This document shows, one piece after another, positions 33,601 through 40,746 of a DNA stretch of 56,333 nt. The notes beneath the pieces were generated by a model, which was not told the origin of the DNA, did not search any database, and was given only the letters and a program-made list of their open reading frames with translations. Position 1 is the first letter of the stretch; every line of letters begins with the position of its first letter. A program made the translations under genes and the position numbers. Origin of the DNA: Pedosphaera sp. (lineage in GTDB: Bacteria; Verrucomicrobiota; Verrucomicrobiia; Limisphaerales; UBA1100); assembly GCA_009695465.1 (NCBI GenBank), contig SIAW01000004.1:1-56333 (forward strand). Direction: 5' to 3'.

Positions 33601-33735
33601 TTGGGCTACACCCGCGCGGCGCGCATCATGGATGATCTGCAAGAGCGCGGCATCGTCGGGCCCAACAAGGGCGCCGAGCCGCGTGACATCTTGATTGATC
33701 TCGACGTCGCCGCCAACTTGCCGGCCCGCCACTAG
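30664..33735 (+). CDS. ftsK: DNA translocase FtsK with an inserted class III nucleotidyl (adenylate) cyclase domain
   Basis: N-terminal multi-TM domain (N..G.VGA), alpha domain (GPTITRYE), Walker A GATGAGKS, MIDPK, Walker B VVIDELADLM, ATQRPS and gamma domain ASVSLLQRRLRLGYTRAARIMD. Cyclase domain at about aa 283-442. Confidence 0.96.
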   Translation: MANKEATEKPVQESYGEVVGMVLFFLAVLLLLALFSFDKHDLAFNGTQVNAARHNLVGVVGAWVAQIAFLAVGASAYLLPPLLLLFALAAFFEKLEAMRRRWPWAVVLVLSCTAALSLHHGPFDELARRLGATDPGGFIGTLLNRYIFINVGTVGASIILICLYGVSLLFLTHFRLVEWLGERWTAWRAPQDAAAAPLTADEAALSERAQALAQQYRELQKEFEKANQTLGNIVGNSTTIAPMANPADPVGPSLGADLKPVPEPTVRDLSMPVSKKPATDGPTRQLAAIMFTDIAGYTRLSNRDEKAAMKLIKQQRKLLRPIVEEFEGEWLKEIGDGLLLSFPSSLNAVNCAVRIQEAARAVPHLNLRIGVHQGDIVREGGDIYGDGVNIASRIEKYAPVGGIAVSEKIQQDISSHPEINLELLGEFELEGVDQRVEVFTVTSNLKDPLDETKLVEPSAPAVPVEAVAKGPATMEEILGIVPVKFKVKAKSKPLAVAATPLIGNYQLPPRELLKVPEPSKIPSETKEEMMANSRLMQQTLAQFGIEVAMGDITKGPTITRYELHPAPGVKLEKIVALSNNIAAALRAERINILAPVPGKSSVGVEVANRSKCMVSMRDLLESDEWSKTKARIPVVIGKDVYGNAIISDLAEMPHLLIAGATGAGKSVCINTIIASLLYRFSPDQLRLVMIDPKVVELQMYNTLPHLVVPVVTDPKKVILALRWVVLEMEKRYKIFAKVAVKNIAGFNTRSRDKVVLAVEQDLPLYADKEKGDANSSGFAVEVDEEIVVPREEEIQIPDQLSYVVVVIDELADLMLSAPADVEMAIARITQMARAAGIHCIVATQRPSVDVITGVIKANIPARIAFQVASKVDSRTIIDKMGAEKLLGKGDMLYMQPSAAQPIRAQGALVTDQEIQAIVDFIAKQGKPSYEMDIHQQLSKPENEFGAGSSGEDEELINKCIEVIRSEQKASVSLLQRRLRLGYTRAARIMDDLQERGIVGPNKGAEPRDILIDLDVAANLPARH
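31510..31989 (+). other. Class III adenylate/guanylate cyclase catalytic domain within the FtsK linker
   Basis: RQLAAIMFTDIAGYT...WLKEIGDGLL...LRIGVHQGD...DIYGDGVNIASRIE...GGIAVSE...ELEGV. Metal ligands D293 and D336, specificity residues K332 and D382, transition-state residues N389 and R393. Confidence 0.93.
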
Positions 33736-33780
33736 GCTTTTGGCTTTCCGACTCGTGTGGCGGCGGGTAATCATTCTGCC

Positions 33781-34500
33781 ATGACCACCATCGCGACCGA
33801 ACCCGCCTACAAAGTCTGGGCCGTGGACGATGTCGTGTACGGGCCCGTATCGCAGTCGGTGGTGCTGGAGTGGATCGCCGAACAGCGCATCGTGGCGGGC
33901 ATGTGGCTCTATCCCATGGCCAGCAAAAAGTGGCTGAAGGCCGGCGACCTGCCCGAGTTGCAGGAGACGCTGGCCAGCGCACTCGCTGCGGGATTGACCG
34001 CGCCCGTCGTCGTGTCGCCGCTGGTCGCAGGCGTGCCGGTGGGGGCGCTGCGCAAGGTGGCGATGCTCTCGGCGATGAACGATCAACAGTTGGGCCGCTT
34101 CGCGCAGTTCATGGAAATCGCCAAGGTGACGCAGTTCGAGCTGGTGGTGGAGCACGGCGATCCGGGCGATGCGATGTACGTGGTGCTGGCCGGTTCGCTG
34201 CGCGTGCGCCAGATGGTGGCCGGCAAAGAAACGGTGATCGCCACGTTGCGCGTCGGCGATGTGTTCGGCGAAATCTCGCTGTTCGATCAAGGCCCGCGCT
34301 CGGCCGATGTGTTGGCCAACGAAGACAGCACGCTGCTGGTCATCGGGGCAGATCGCTTTGTGGAGTTCACGCAGAAGATGCCCGAGGTGGCGCTCTCGCT
34401 GTTGCTGGCGATCAGCCGCACGATGGCCAGTCGCATCCGCGCGGACAACGAGCGGCACAAGCAGGACCTGCTCGTGTTGCAAAACGTGAAGCAGCACTGA
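33781..34500 (+). CDS. Cyclic-nucleotide-binding domain protein (GYF_2/DUF4339-like N-terminus plus cNMP domain, no HTH)
   Basis: N-terminal YGPVS...L.EW....RI...W pattern, GDPGDAMYVVLAG and phosphate-binding cassette FGEISLFDQGPRSADV. Protein ends after the C-helix. Confidence 0.9.
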   Translation: MTTIATEPAYKVWAVDDVVYGPVSQSVVLEWIAEQRIVAGMWLYPMASKKWLKAGDLPELQETLASALAAGLTAPVVVSPLVAGVPVGALRKVAMLSAMNDQQLGRFAQFMEIAKVTQFELVVEHGDPGDAMYVVLAGSLRVRQMVAGKETVIATLRVGDVFGEISLFDQGPRSADVLANEDSTLLVIGADRFVEFTQKMPEVALSLLLAISRTMASRIRADNERHKQDLLVLQNVKQH

Positions 34501-34514
34501 CGGGCGCGCGTGCG

Positions 34515-35306
34515 CTAGATCGTCAGTCGCTGGTTGTCCTCCACGAACGTGAAGGGGATTTTTCCAAGCTGCGATTGGGCCAGCCCTATCAGTTCAGCGC
34601 GGCGTTCACGCCATTTCCCACCGACATGCGTGAAGGCGATTTGCTTGATGGGTTTGTCCGCCAAAAATTGGAAGAGCTGCGCCGGCTCGCAATGCGCGAC
34701 TTCGCACAGCAACAGATCCAGCGGTTGCGCCACCAACGGATGCAGGTCGTGCAAGCCGCCGATGTCGCCGCTGTGGGCGATGCGTTTGCCTGCGCCTTCG
34801 ATCGCGATGCCGAACGCCTCAAATTTCTGCGGGTGTTTAGCACCGTGCGCCGCGCGCAGTCCCTCCAAGTGCGTCGAGTAATGCGGCGTGAGAATCAGCC
34901 CGTCGCCGGTGATGGGCGTCGCGCATTGCCACGGCTGCCAGTCCGTGGCGAAGGCCAGCAGCTCGGGGAAGATGTACGAGGCATTGAGCATCTGGCGCAC
35001 GGGCGCTTCGCCTTCGGCGGGCAGATGGATGGTCAACGGCTTTTTGCGGCCGAGCAACCAGAAGCCCTGCATCAACATGAAAATCCCGCCGATATGATCG
35101 CAGTGCAGATGGGTGATGAGAATGCGGTCAATGTCGTCGGCGCCCACGCCATGCGCGCGCAGTTGGCGCGTGGCGGGTTCGCCGCAGTCCACCAAGAGCG
35201 TGACGCCGCCGAGCCGGTAGAGGAAGGCCGAGTGATTGCGATCCGCGCTGGGATGACCGTCGCCGGTGCCCAGACAAGTCAGGGTTGCCGTGTCCATCGT
35301 GCTCAT
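34515..35306 (-). CDS. Metallo-beta-lactamase-fold hydrolase (ElaC/RNase Z-like, short), putative phosphodiesterase
   Basis: Motifs LGTGDG.P, LVDCGE, THLHCDH (HxHxDH), SGD, CEVAH and THV. 263 aa. Confidence 0.85.
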   Translation of the reverse strand: MSTMDTATLTCLGTGDGHPSADRNHSAFLYRLGGVTLLVDCGEPATRQLRAHGVGADDIDRILITHLHCDHIGGIFMLMQGFWLLGRKKPLTIHLPAEGEAPVRQMLNASYIFPELLAFATDWQPWQCATPITGDGLILTPHYSTHLEGLRAAHGAKHPQKFEAFGIAIEGAGKRIAHSGDIGGLHDLHPLVAQPLDLLLCEVAHCEPAQLFQFLADKPIKQIAFTHVGGKWRERRAELIGLAQSQLGKIPFTFVEDNQRLTI

Positions 35307-35446
35307 CGTTGTGGCGTGACCATGCGCAATGCCCGGACATTCTCTCTGACGCGCCGACCAAATCCAGCGCAAAACAAACGCACGCCTCAGCAACTTTGGG
35401 ATAACTTTTTGTTTTCTGACTTTGGCGAGGCCACTAATTTTTCAGC

Positions 35447-35956
35447 GTGACAAGTGTCGCTGAACAATTGCGCGAGACGCGCAAGCAACGCGGTTGGACG
35501 GTAGCCGATGTGATGGCCCGGACCAATCTCAAGGCCGAACAGATCCAGTGGCTGGAGTCTGGGCGCTGGGACGCGTTTGCTGCGCCGGCCTACGTGCGCG
35601 GCTTTGTGCGTTCTTACGCGCAGCAACTCAAGCTGCCGCTGCAGGAGTTGAGCGGCCTGCTCGACGCGGAGTTGGGGCAGACGGAAAAATTCCGCGAGCT
35701 GCCCGACGTGGCCCATGCGCCCAAGACGTTCCTCAATCGGCTGATGCTCGCCTCCTCGCGCGTGAACTGGAGAATCGCGCTGCCGGTGCTGGTGTTCCTG
35801 GCTTTGGTGGCGCTCACGTATGTCGGTGTCCAAGCTTGGCAACAGCGTCGCCCAACGGACCCGCTCAAAAATCTGGGCACGGGCATGATTGACTTGGACA
35901 AAAAACACACCGACGTGGATCGCCTGCCGCCGAGTCCGGTGCCCACGACCCGTTGA
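35447..35956 (+). CDS. rodZ: RodZ-like HTH membrane protein
   Basis: LRETR...LE.G...YVRGFVRSYA..L.L HTH pattern plus one TM helix, upstream of rimO-pgsA. Periplasmic part is short. Confidence 0.75.
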   Translation: MTSVAEQLRETRKQRGWTVADVMARTNLKAEQIQWLESGRWDAFAAPAYVRGFVRSYAQQLKLPLQELSGLLDAELGQTEKFRELPDVAHAPKTFLNRLMLASSRVNWRIALPVLVFLALVALTYVGVQAWQQRRPTDPLKNLGTGMIDLDKKHTDVDRLPPSPVPTTR

Positions 35957-36019
35957 TTGCGTCCGTCTGCGGTTTCCAAGGTTGATTGCGTCCCGCCCTT
36001 GGCCTACGCTCTGACCCCC

Positions 36020-37606
36020 GTGTCAGAAAATGGAAAACTTCCCACGTTGCGTGTGGGCATGATTTCACTGGGCTGCGCCAAAAATTTGGTGGATGCCGAG
36101 GTCATGCTCGGCTCGTTGCTGGCCGGCGGCGTGGAGATCACCAACGATCCGGCCAACGCCGACGCGCTGATCATCAACACCTGCTCGTTCATCGGCGAGG
36201 CGCAGGAGGAAAGCGTGGACACCATTTTGGAATCGGCAGAGGTGCGCGCCGCGCGCCAGCCCGGGCAGGCGATCATTGTCTCGGGCTGTCTGCCGCAGCG
36301 GTTCCGCGAGGAGTTGCCCAAGTTGTTGCCGGAGGTGGACGCGTTCATGGGCGTGGATCAAGTGAGCGAGGTCGCGGGCATCGTGCGCAGCGCGGTGGCG
36401 CGGCGTCGTCAGATCGCGACCGTTCCGAGTGTCCCTCTTTCGCGCCGCAGGAAAATCGAACTCCCCGCAGTCGCACCCACTGTGCCGACTGCGCCGATCC
36501 ATCAAGTGACCGTGCGGCCCAAGTACGTGCCGGACTTTGCCACGCCACGCTTTCGTCTCACCCCGCGCCATTTTGCGTATGTGAAGATTGCCGAGGGCTG
36601 CAATCATCCGTGCAGCTTTTGCACCATCCCGAGGATGCGCGGCGGGCACCGCAGCCGCACGCAGGCTGATGTGGTGGCCGAGGTGCGGCAACTGCTCAAG
36701 GAGGGTGTCAAAGAGATCAATCTCATCTCGCAGGACGCTACCTATTACGGAATGGATCTGCGGCCGGATCATCGGCCGGGCATTTCCTCGCCCGCCAAAT
36801 TCACCGCCGCCGCCGGCGCGTTGACGGCCGACGCCACGACCTTGTGCACCTTGTTGCGCGAACTCAATGCACTGCCCGGCAAATTCTGGATTCGTTTGCT
36901 CTACACTCATCCGGCGCACTGGACCGATGAATTGATCCGCACCATTGCCGAGTGTCCGAAGGTGGCGCGTTACGTGGACATGCCTTTGCAGCACATCCAC
37001 GATCTGATGCTCGAACGCATGCGGCGCGAGACCGACAGCCGGCACATCCGCGATCTCATCGCGCGCATCCGCGCCGGCGTCCCGGGCATCGCGTTGCGCA
37101 CGACGTTCATCGTGGGGTTCCCCGGCGAGACGGAGCGGTGTTTTGAGACGCTCTTGGATTTCATTGGTGAAACAAAGTTTGAGCGGCTGGGCATCTTTGC
37201 CTATTCGCGCGAGGAGAGCACGCGCGCCGGCGGCATGCGCGGGCAATGCGCCGAGGCGACCAAACAGGAGCGGCGCCAACGCGCGATGGCGGCGCAACGC
37301 GAGGTGTCGCGCGCGATGGGCGCGGCGATGGTGGGCCGCCAGTTGAACGTGTTGGTGGAAGGCACGGCGGAAGGTGCCGCTGCTGAATCTGCCGAGGTGC
37401 GCTCGTGGGAGCACGGGTTGATCCGCCAATCTGCGCCGCGCCAAAAGGCGTTGGGCGCTGGAAAATATCTGGTCGCGCGCGGCGAGTCTGATGCGCCGGA
37501 CATCGATGGCCGTGTGTATGTGCGCGGCGATTTATCCGTGGGCGAATTCGCCGGGGTGCGGGTGGTGGGCCACACTGATTACGATTTGATCGCCGAACCG
37601 ATCTAG
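36020..37606 (+). CDS. rimO: Ribosomal protein S12 methylthiotransferase
   Basis: Motifs SLGCAKNLVD, NTCSFI, YVKIAEGCNHPCSFCTIP, RTTFIVGFPGET and DAPDIDG (TRAM domain). Confidence 0.94.
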   Translation: MSENGKLPTLRVGMISLGCAKNLVDAEVMLGSLLAGGVEITNDPANADALIINTCSFIGEAQEESVDTILESAEVRAARQPGQAIIVSGCLPQRFREELPKLLPEVDAFMGVDQVSEVAGIVRSAVARRRQIATVPSVPLSRRRKIELPAVAPTVPTAPIHQVTVRPKYVPDFATPRFRLTPRHFAYVKIAEGCNHPCSFCTIPRMRGGHRSRTQADVVAEVRQLLKEGVKEINLISQDATYYGMDLRPDHRPGISSPAKFTAAAGALTADATTLCTLLRELNALPGKFWIRLLYTHPAHWTDELIRTIAECPKVARYVDMPLQHIHDLMLERMRRETDSRHIRDLIARIRAGVPGIALRTTFIVGFPGETERCFETLLDFIGETKFERLGIFAYSREESTRAGGMRGQCAEATKQERRQRAMAAQREVSRAMGAAMVGRQLNVLVEGTAEGAAAESAEVRSWEHGLIRQSAPRQKALGAGKYLVARGESDAPDIDGRVYVRGDLSVGEFAGVRVVGHTDYDLIAEPI

Positions 37607-37612
37607 CCCGCC

Positions 37613-38278
37613 ATGAATCTGCCCAACAAAATCACGACCTCGCGATTTTTCATCACGGTGATTTTCGTGGTGGTGATGCTGTGGGAATTTCCGCACCACT
37701 ATTCGGTGGCCGCCGCGCTCTTTTTCTTGGGCGGCCTGTCGGACATCGCCGATGGCGAAATCGCGCGTCGTCGCAATCTCAAGACCGACTTCGGCGTGTT
37801 GATGGATCCGTTGATTGACAAGATCATGGTCTGCGCCGGTTTCATCATGTTGATCGCCGCGCCCACGCCCCCGGCGATGGCGCAGGCCATTGCGGCGCTG
37901 GGATTGCCGCACTGGCTGCAGATACCCGGGCCGACGTTGCTGATGCCCGCGTGGATGGTGATCATCATCGTCGCGCGCGAACTGGCGATCACCGGGCTGC
38001 GCTTGTTGGCGGCGAACAACCAAGTCGTGCTCGCCGCCGAATCCATCGGCAAACGGAAGACCAATCTGCAGGTCACCGCTGTCATCGCCATTTTGATTTG
38101 CGTCAGTTATCCGGATTGGGGCGCGGGCGCGCGCAGTTTTTTTGACGCCAAGGTGGGAGTGCTGCCGTGGTCGCTGTGGTTCACACTTTTGGTCACGTGG
38201 GCAGCCGTCGCGCTGACGATGGTCTCGGGCATCCACTATCTCTGGGGCAACCGCGCGCTCTTCTTGAAGGACATGTAG
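37613..38278 (+). CDS. pgsA: CDP-diacylglycerol--glycerol-3-phosphate 3-phosphatidyltransferase
   Basis: MNLPN start, D..DG.IAR....TDFG..MDP..DK motif and RELAITGLR. Confidence 0.93.
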   Translation: MNLPNKITTSRFFITVIFVVVMLWEFPHHYSVAAALFFLGGLSDIADGEIARRRNLKTDFGVLMDPLIDKIMVCAGFIMLIAAPTPPAMAQAIAALGLPHWLQIPGPTLLMPAWMVIIIVARELAITGLRLLAANNQVVLAAESIGKRKTNLQVTAVIAILICVSYPDWGAGARSFFDAKVGVLPWSLWFTLLVTWAAVALTMVSGIHYLWGNRALFLKDM

Positions 38279-38280
38279 CG

Positions 38281-38793
38281 ATGAACCGCGCGATCGTCTG
38301 GCTGGCGCAAGGCTGCGGCTTGGGCCGATTGCCCAAAGCGCCGGGCACGTGGGGATCGCTGGGCGGACTGGTGTGGACGGCGCTGCTGTATTGGCCCGGC
38401 TCTTTCTGGTTTTACACCGTGGGCACCGTGGTGGGATTGTGCGCGGCCGTGTGGATTTGCGGCGAGGCAGAACGTGCGATGAACCAGTCCGATCCGCCCT
38501 CGGTGGTGCTCGATGAAATCGCCGCCGTGCCGGTCTGCTTTCTTTTCCTGCTCGCCGCTGAAAGCGTTGTGCGCCCCGTCCTGCCAACCCTCGGTGAACT
38601 GGTCGCCAAACCCGCAGCGTGGTGCTGGCTGCTGGCGGGCTTTGGGCTGTTCCGTTTGTTTGATGTCACCAAACCGCTCGTGGTGGATCAGGCGCAGTCG
38701 CTGTCCGGCGGCTGGGGCGTGGTGATGGACGACGTGGTGGCCGCGATTTACGCGGCGGTCGCGTTGCAGTTGCTGGCCGTCCTGTTGCGCTAA
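38281..38793 (+). CDS. pgpA: Phosphatidylglycerophosphatase A
   Basis: Motifs APGTWGS, DP..VVLDE, FRLFDVTKP and GVVMDDVVA. Confidence 0.92.
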   Translation: MNRAIVWLAQGCGLGRLPKAPGTWGSLGGLVWTALLYWPGSFWFYTVGTVVGLCAAVWICGEAERAMNQSDPPSVVLDEIAAVPVCFLFLLAAESVVRPVLPTLGELVAKPAAWCWLLAGFGLFRLFDVTKPLVVDQAQSLSGGWGVVMDDVVAAIYAAVALQLLAVLLR

Positions 38794-38800
38794 CTGAAAA

Positions 38801-40015
38801 TCACTTCGCCGGTTCGAGCGCGAAGATCTTGCCCTCGAATCCCAACATGTAAACTTCGCCGTCACCATCTTCTGCGAAGCTGGCGATGAGACGGATGGGA
38901 TTGGCGGCGATCAATTCATCGTACGCCGTCACGGTCTTGCCGTCGTGGCGCAGGCCCCAGACGGTGCCCTGCTTGTAATCGCCGTAGAGATACAGGCCGC
39001 GCAGCGAAGGATGTTTTTTGCCGCGATACACGTAGCCGCCCGTGACGCTGAGGCCGTGGCTGTGCTTGTTGAACTTGCTCTCGGTGGCCAATCCCGGCAC
39101 GTGCGGATATTCGATGACAGGATCGATGTACGGCTGCGCCGGCACAAAGGTGGTCTTGAGCCACGGATGAAATCCCTCGCGCGCGCGCCAGCCGTAGTTG
39201 CCGCCTTTGACGATCAGATCAATCTCCTCCCACTTGTCCTGCCCGACATCGCCGGCCCACAACTGCCCCGTCTCGCGATCAAAGCTCATGCGCCACACAT
39301 TGCGCAGGCCGTTGGCCCAGATTTCGCCGCGCGCATCTTCGCGGCCCACAAACGGATTATCTTTGGGGATGCCGTAGGGCAACACACCCGTGCGCGTGTC
39401 CACGTCAATGCGCATGACGCAACCCAGCAGCGTGGTGGGGTTCTGCGCGTTGTCCAGCGGGTCATCGCGTTTGCCGCCGTCACCGTGGCTGATGTAGAGC
39501 TTGCCATCGGGCCCGAACACAATGCAGCCGCCGTCGTGATTCCAGAACGGGCGCACGATCTGCAGCAGCACGCGTTCGCTGGCCAAGTCCGCCTTGTTGG
39601 GATTGTCCTTCGCCACGGTGAACTCGCTCACCACACTGCGCATCGGATCCTGCATCGAGTAGAAAACGTAGAACTTTCCGTTCTCCTTGAACTTGGGGTG
39701 GAACGCCATGCCCAGCAGTCCCTCCTCGTCTTGCGCGTAGGTTTTGCGGCTGACGATGTCGAAGAACTCCGCGACCTCCGCACCCTGCCGATCTTTGGGC
39801 AGGATGACGATGCGCCCTTGTTGTTCGAGCAGGAAGATGCGGCCTGAGCCATCGGGCGCCTGTTCCATCCACAGCGGGCGTTTGAATTTCAGATTGGGCC
39901 AGGCATTCGCGAGCTTGAGTTTGGGCAACGGCGCTGCCGACGAGGAGCAAACCGAGAGAGCCACGCACAACGCCAGCACACCACGCGCCGCCCGACCGGA
40001 GAGGATGGATTTCAT
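38801..40015 (-). CDS. PQQ-dependent sugar dehydrogenase (glucose/sorbosone dehydrogenase family), secreted
   Basis: Signal peptide, EEGLLGMAFHP, NHDGG, GLRNVWRMSFD, GGNYGW and SVTGGYVYRG. Confidence 0.85.
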   Translation of the reverse strand: MKSILSGRAARGVLALCVALSVCSSSAAPLPKLKLANAWPNLKFKRPLWMEQAPDGSGRIFLLEQQGRIVILPKDRQGAEVAEFFDIVSRKTYAQDEEGLLGMAFHPKFKENGKFYVFYSMQDPMRSVVSEFTVAKDNPNKADLASERVLLQIVRPFWNHDGGCIVFGPDGKLYISHGDGGKRDDPLDNAQNPTTLLGCVMRIDVDTRTGVLPYGIPKDNPFVGREDARGEIWANGLRNVWRMSFDRETGQLWAGDVGQDKWEEIDLIVKGGNYGWRAREGFHPWLKTTFVPAQPYIDPVIEYPHVPGLATESKFNKHSHGLSVTGGYVYRGKKHPSLRGLYLYGDYKQGTVWGLRHDGKTVTAYDELIAANPIRLIASFAEDGDGEVYMLGFEGKIFALEPAK

Positions 40016-40140
40016 GCGCGCCAATTAACGCCGCCCCGCGAGCTTTGTCAAACACACCGGCTGCACTTCTCTGCTGTGAGCAAGAAAGCGTTGCGCCGTG
40101 TGCGCGGCAGCTTATCAATCTGGCACAGCGGAGACTTATT

Positions 40141-40743
40141 TTGAACGAGTGGAACATCCAGACCCGTGCCCATGCCTGTGCGGCTTGTGCGCGCCCATTT
40201 GCCGATAAGGAACCTTGCCACACCCTGTTGCTGGACGAGGCGCACGCCTATCAGCGGCAGGATCTGTGCTCGGCCTGCTGGCTGGCGCAGCATCCGGAGA
40301 ACGCGCCCGGGCCGCGCGCCTTCATGTCCCACTGGAAAGGCGTGCACAGCGTGCCGCCGCCGGTGACCGATATCATCCAAAAGGATACCGCCGAGTCGCT
40401 GCTGCGCAAATTGGTGGCCACGCGCGACGTGCGCTGGCGCGAGGCCAGCTACATCCTCGCCGTCATGCTGGAGCGCAAACGTATCTTGAAAGTGAAAGAG
40501 CAGTTGCGCGAAGAAGGGCAGCGCGTGTTTGTGTACGAGCAACCCAGCACGGGCGACCTGTTCACCATCCCCGACCCGCAATTGCGGCTGGAGGCTTTGC
40601 AGCAAGTGCAGGCCGATGTCGCTGCGCTGCTCGAATACGGTTTGCCCGTCGCGGGACAGCCTTGGCCGCCGACCGCCGTTGCGATGGGCGTGGCGGTTGT
40701 AGTTGCTGCGGCAGTCCGAGAACCCGCGGATGTACTTTCTTGA
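40141..40743 (+). CDS. Conserved hypothetical protein with CxxC...CxxC
   Basis: CAAC...CSACW and YILAVMLERKRILK. TTG start assumed. Ends 3 nt before rnc. Confidence 0.65.
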   Translation: MNEWNIQTRAHACAACARPFADKEPCHTLLLDEAHAYQRQDLCSACWLAQHPENAPGPRAFMSHWKGVHSVPPPVTDIIQKDTAESLLRKLVATRDVRWREASYILAVMLERKRILKVKEQLREEGQRVFVYEQPSTGDLFTIPDPQLRLEALQQVQADVAALLEYGLPVAGQPWPPTAVAMGVAVVVAAAVREPADVLS

Positions 40744-40746
40744 GTC

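Noticed and set aside
32230-34497. 755-aa minus-strand ORF
   Set aside because: It is the antisense shadow of ftsK and the cNMP gene.
30664-35306. The cyclase, cNMP-binding and MBL genes as a Pycsar/CBASS-type antiphage system
   Set aside because: The cyclase has adenine-type Lys/Asp specificity residues and is fused inside an essential core gene. The cNMP protein has no TIR, nuclease or TM effector domain, and the context is housekeeping rather than a defence island. Not formally excluded, but unsupported.
35396-35404. DnaA-box-like TTGGGATAA upstream of rodZ
   Set aside because: It is a single site with two mismatches to TGTGGATAA and is expected by chance.
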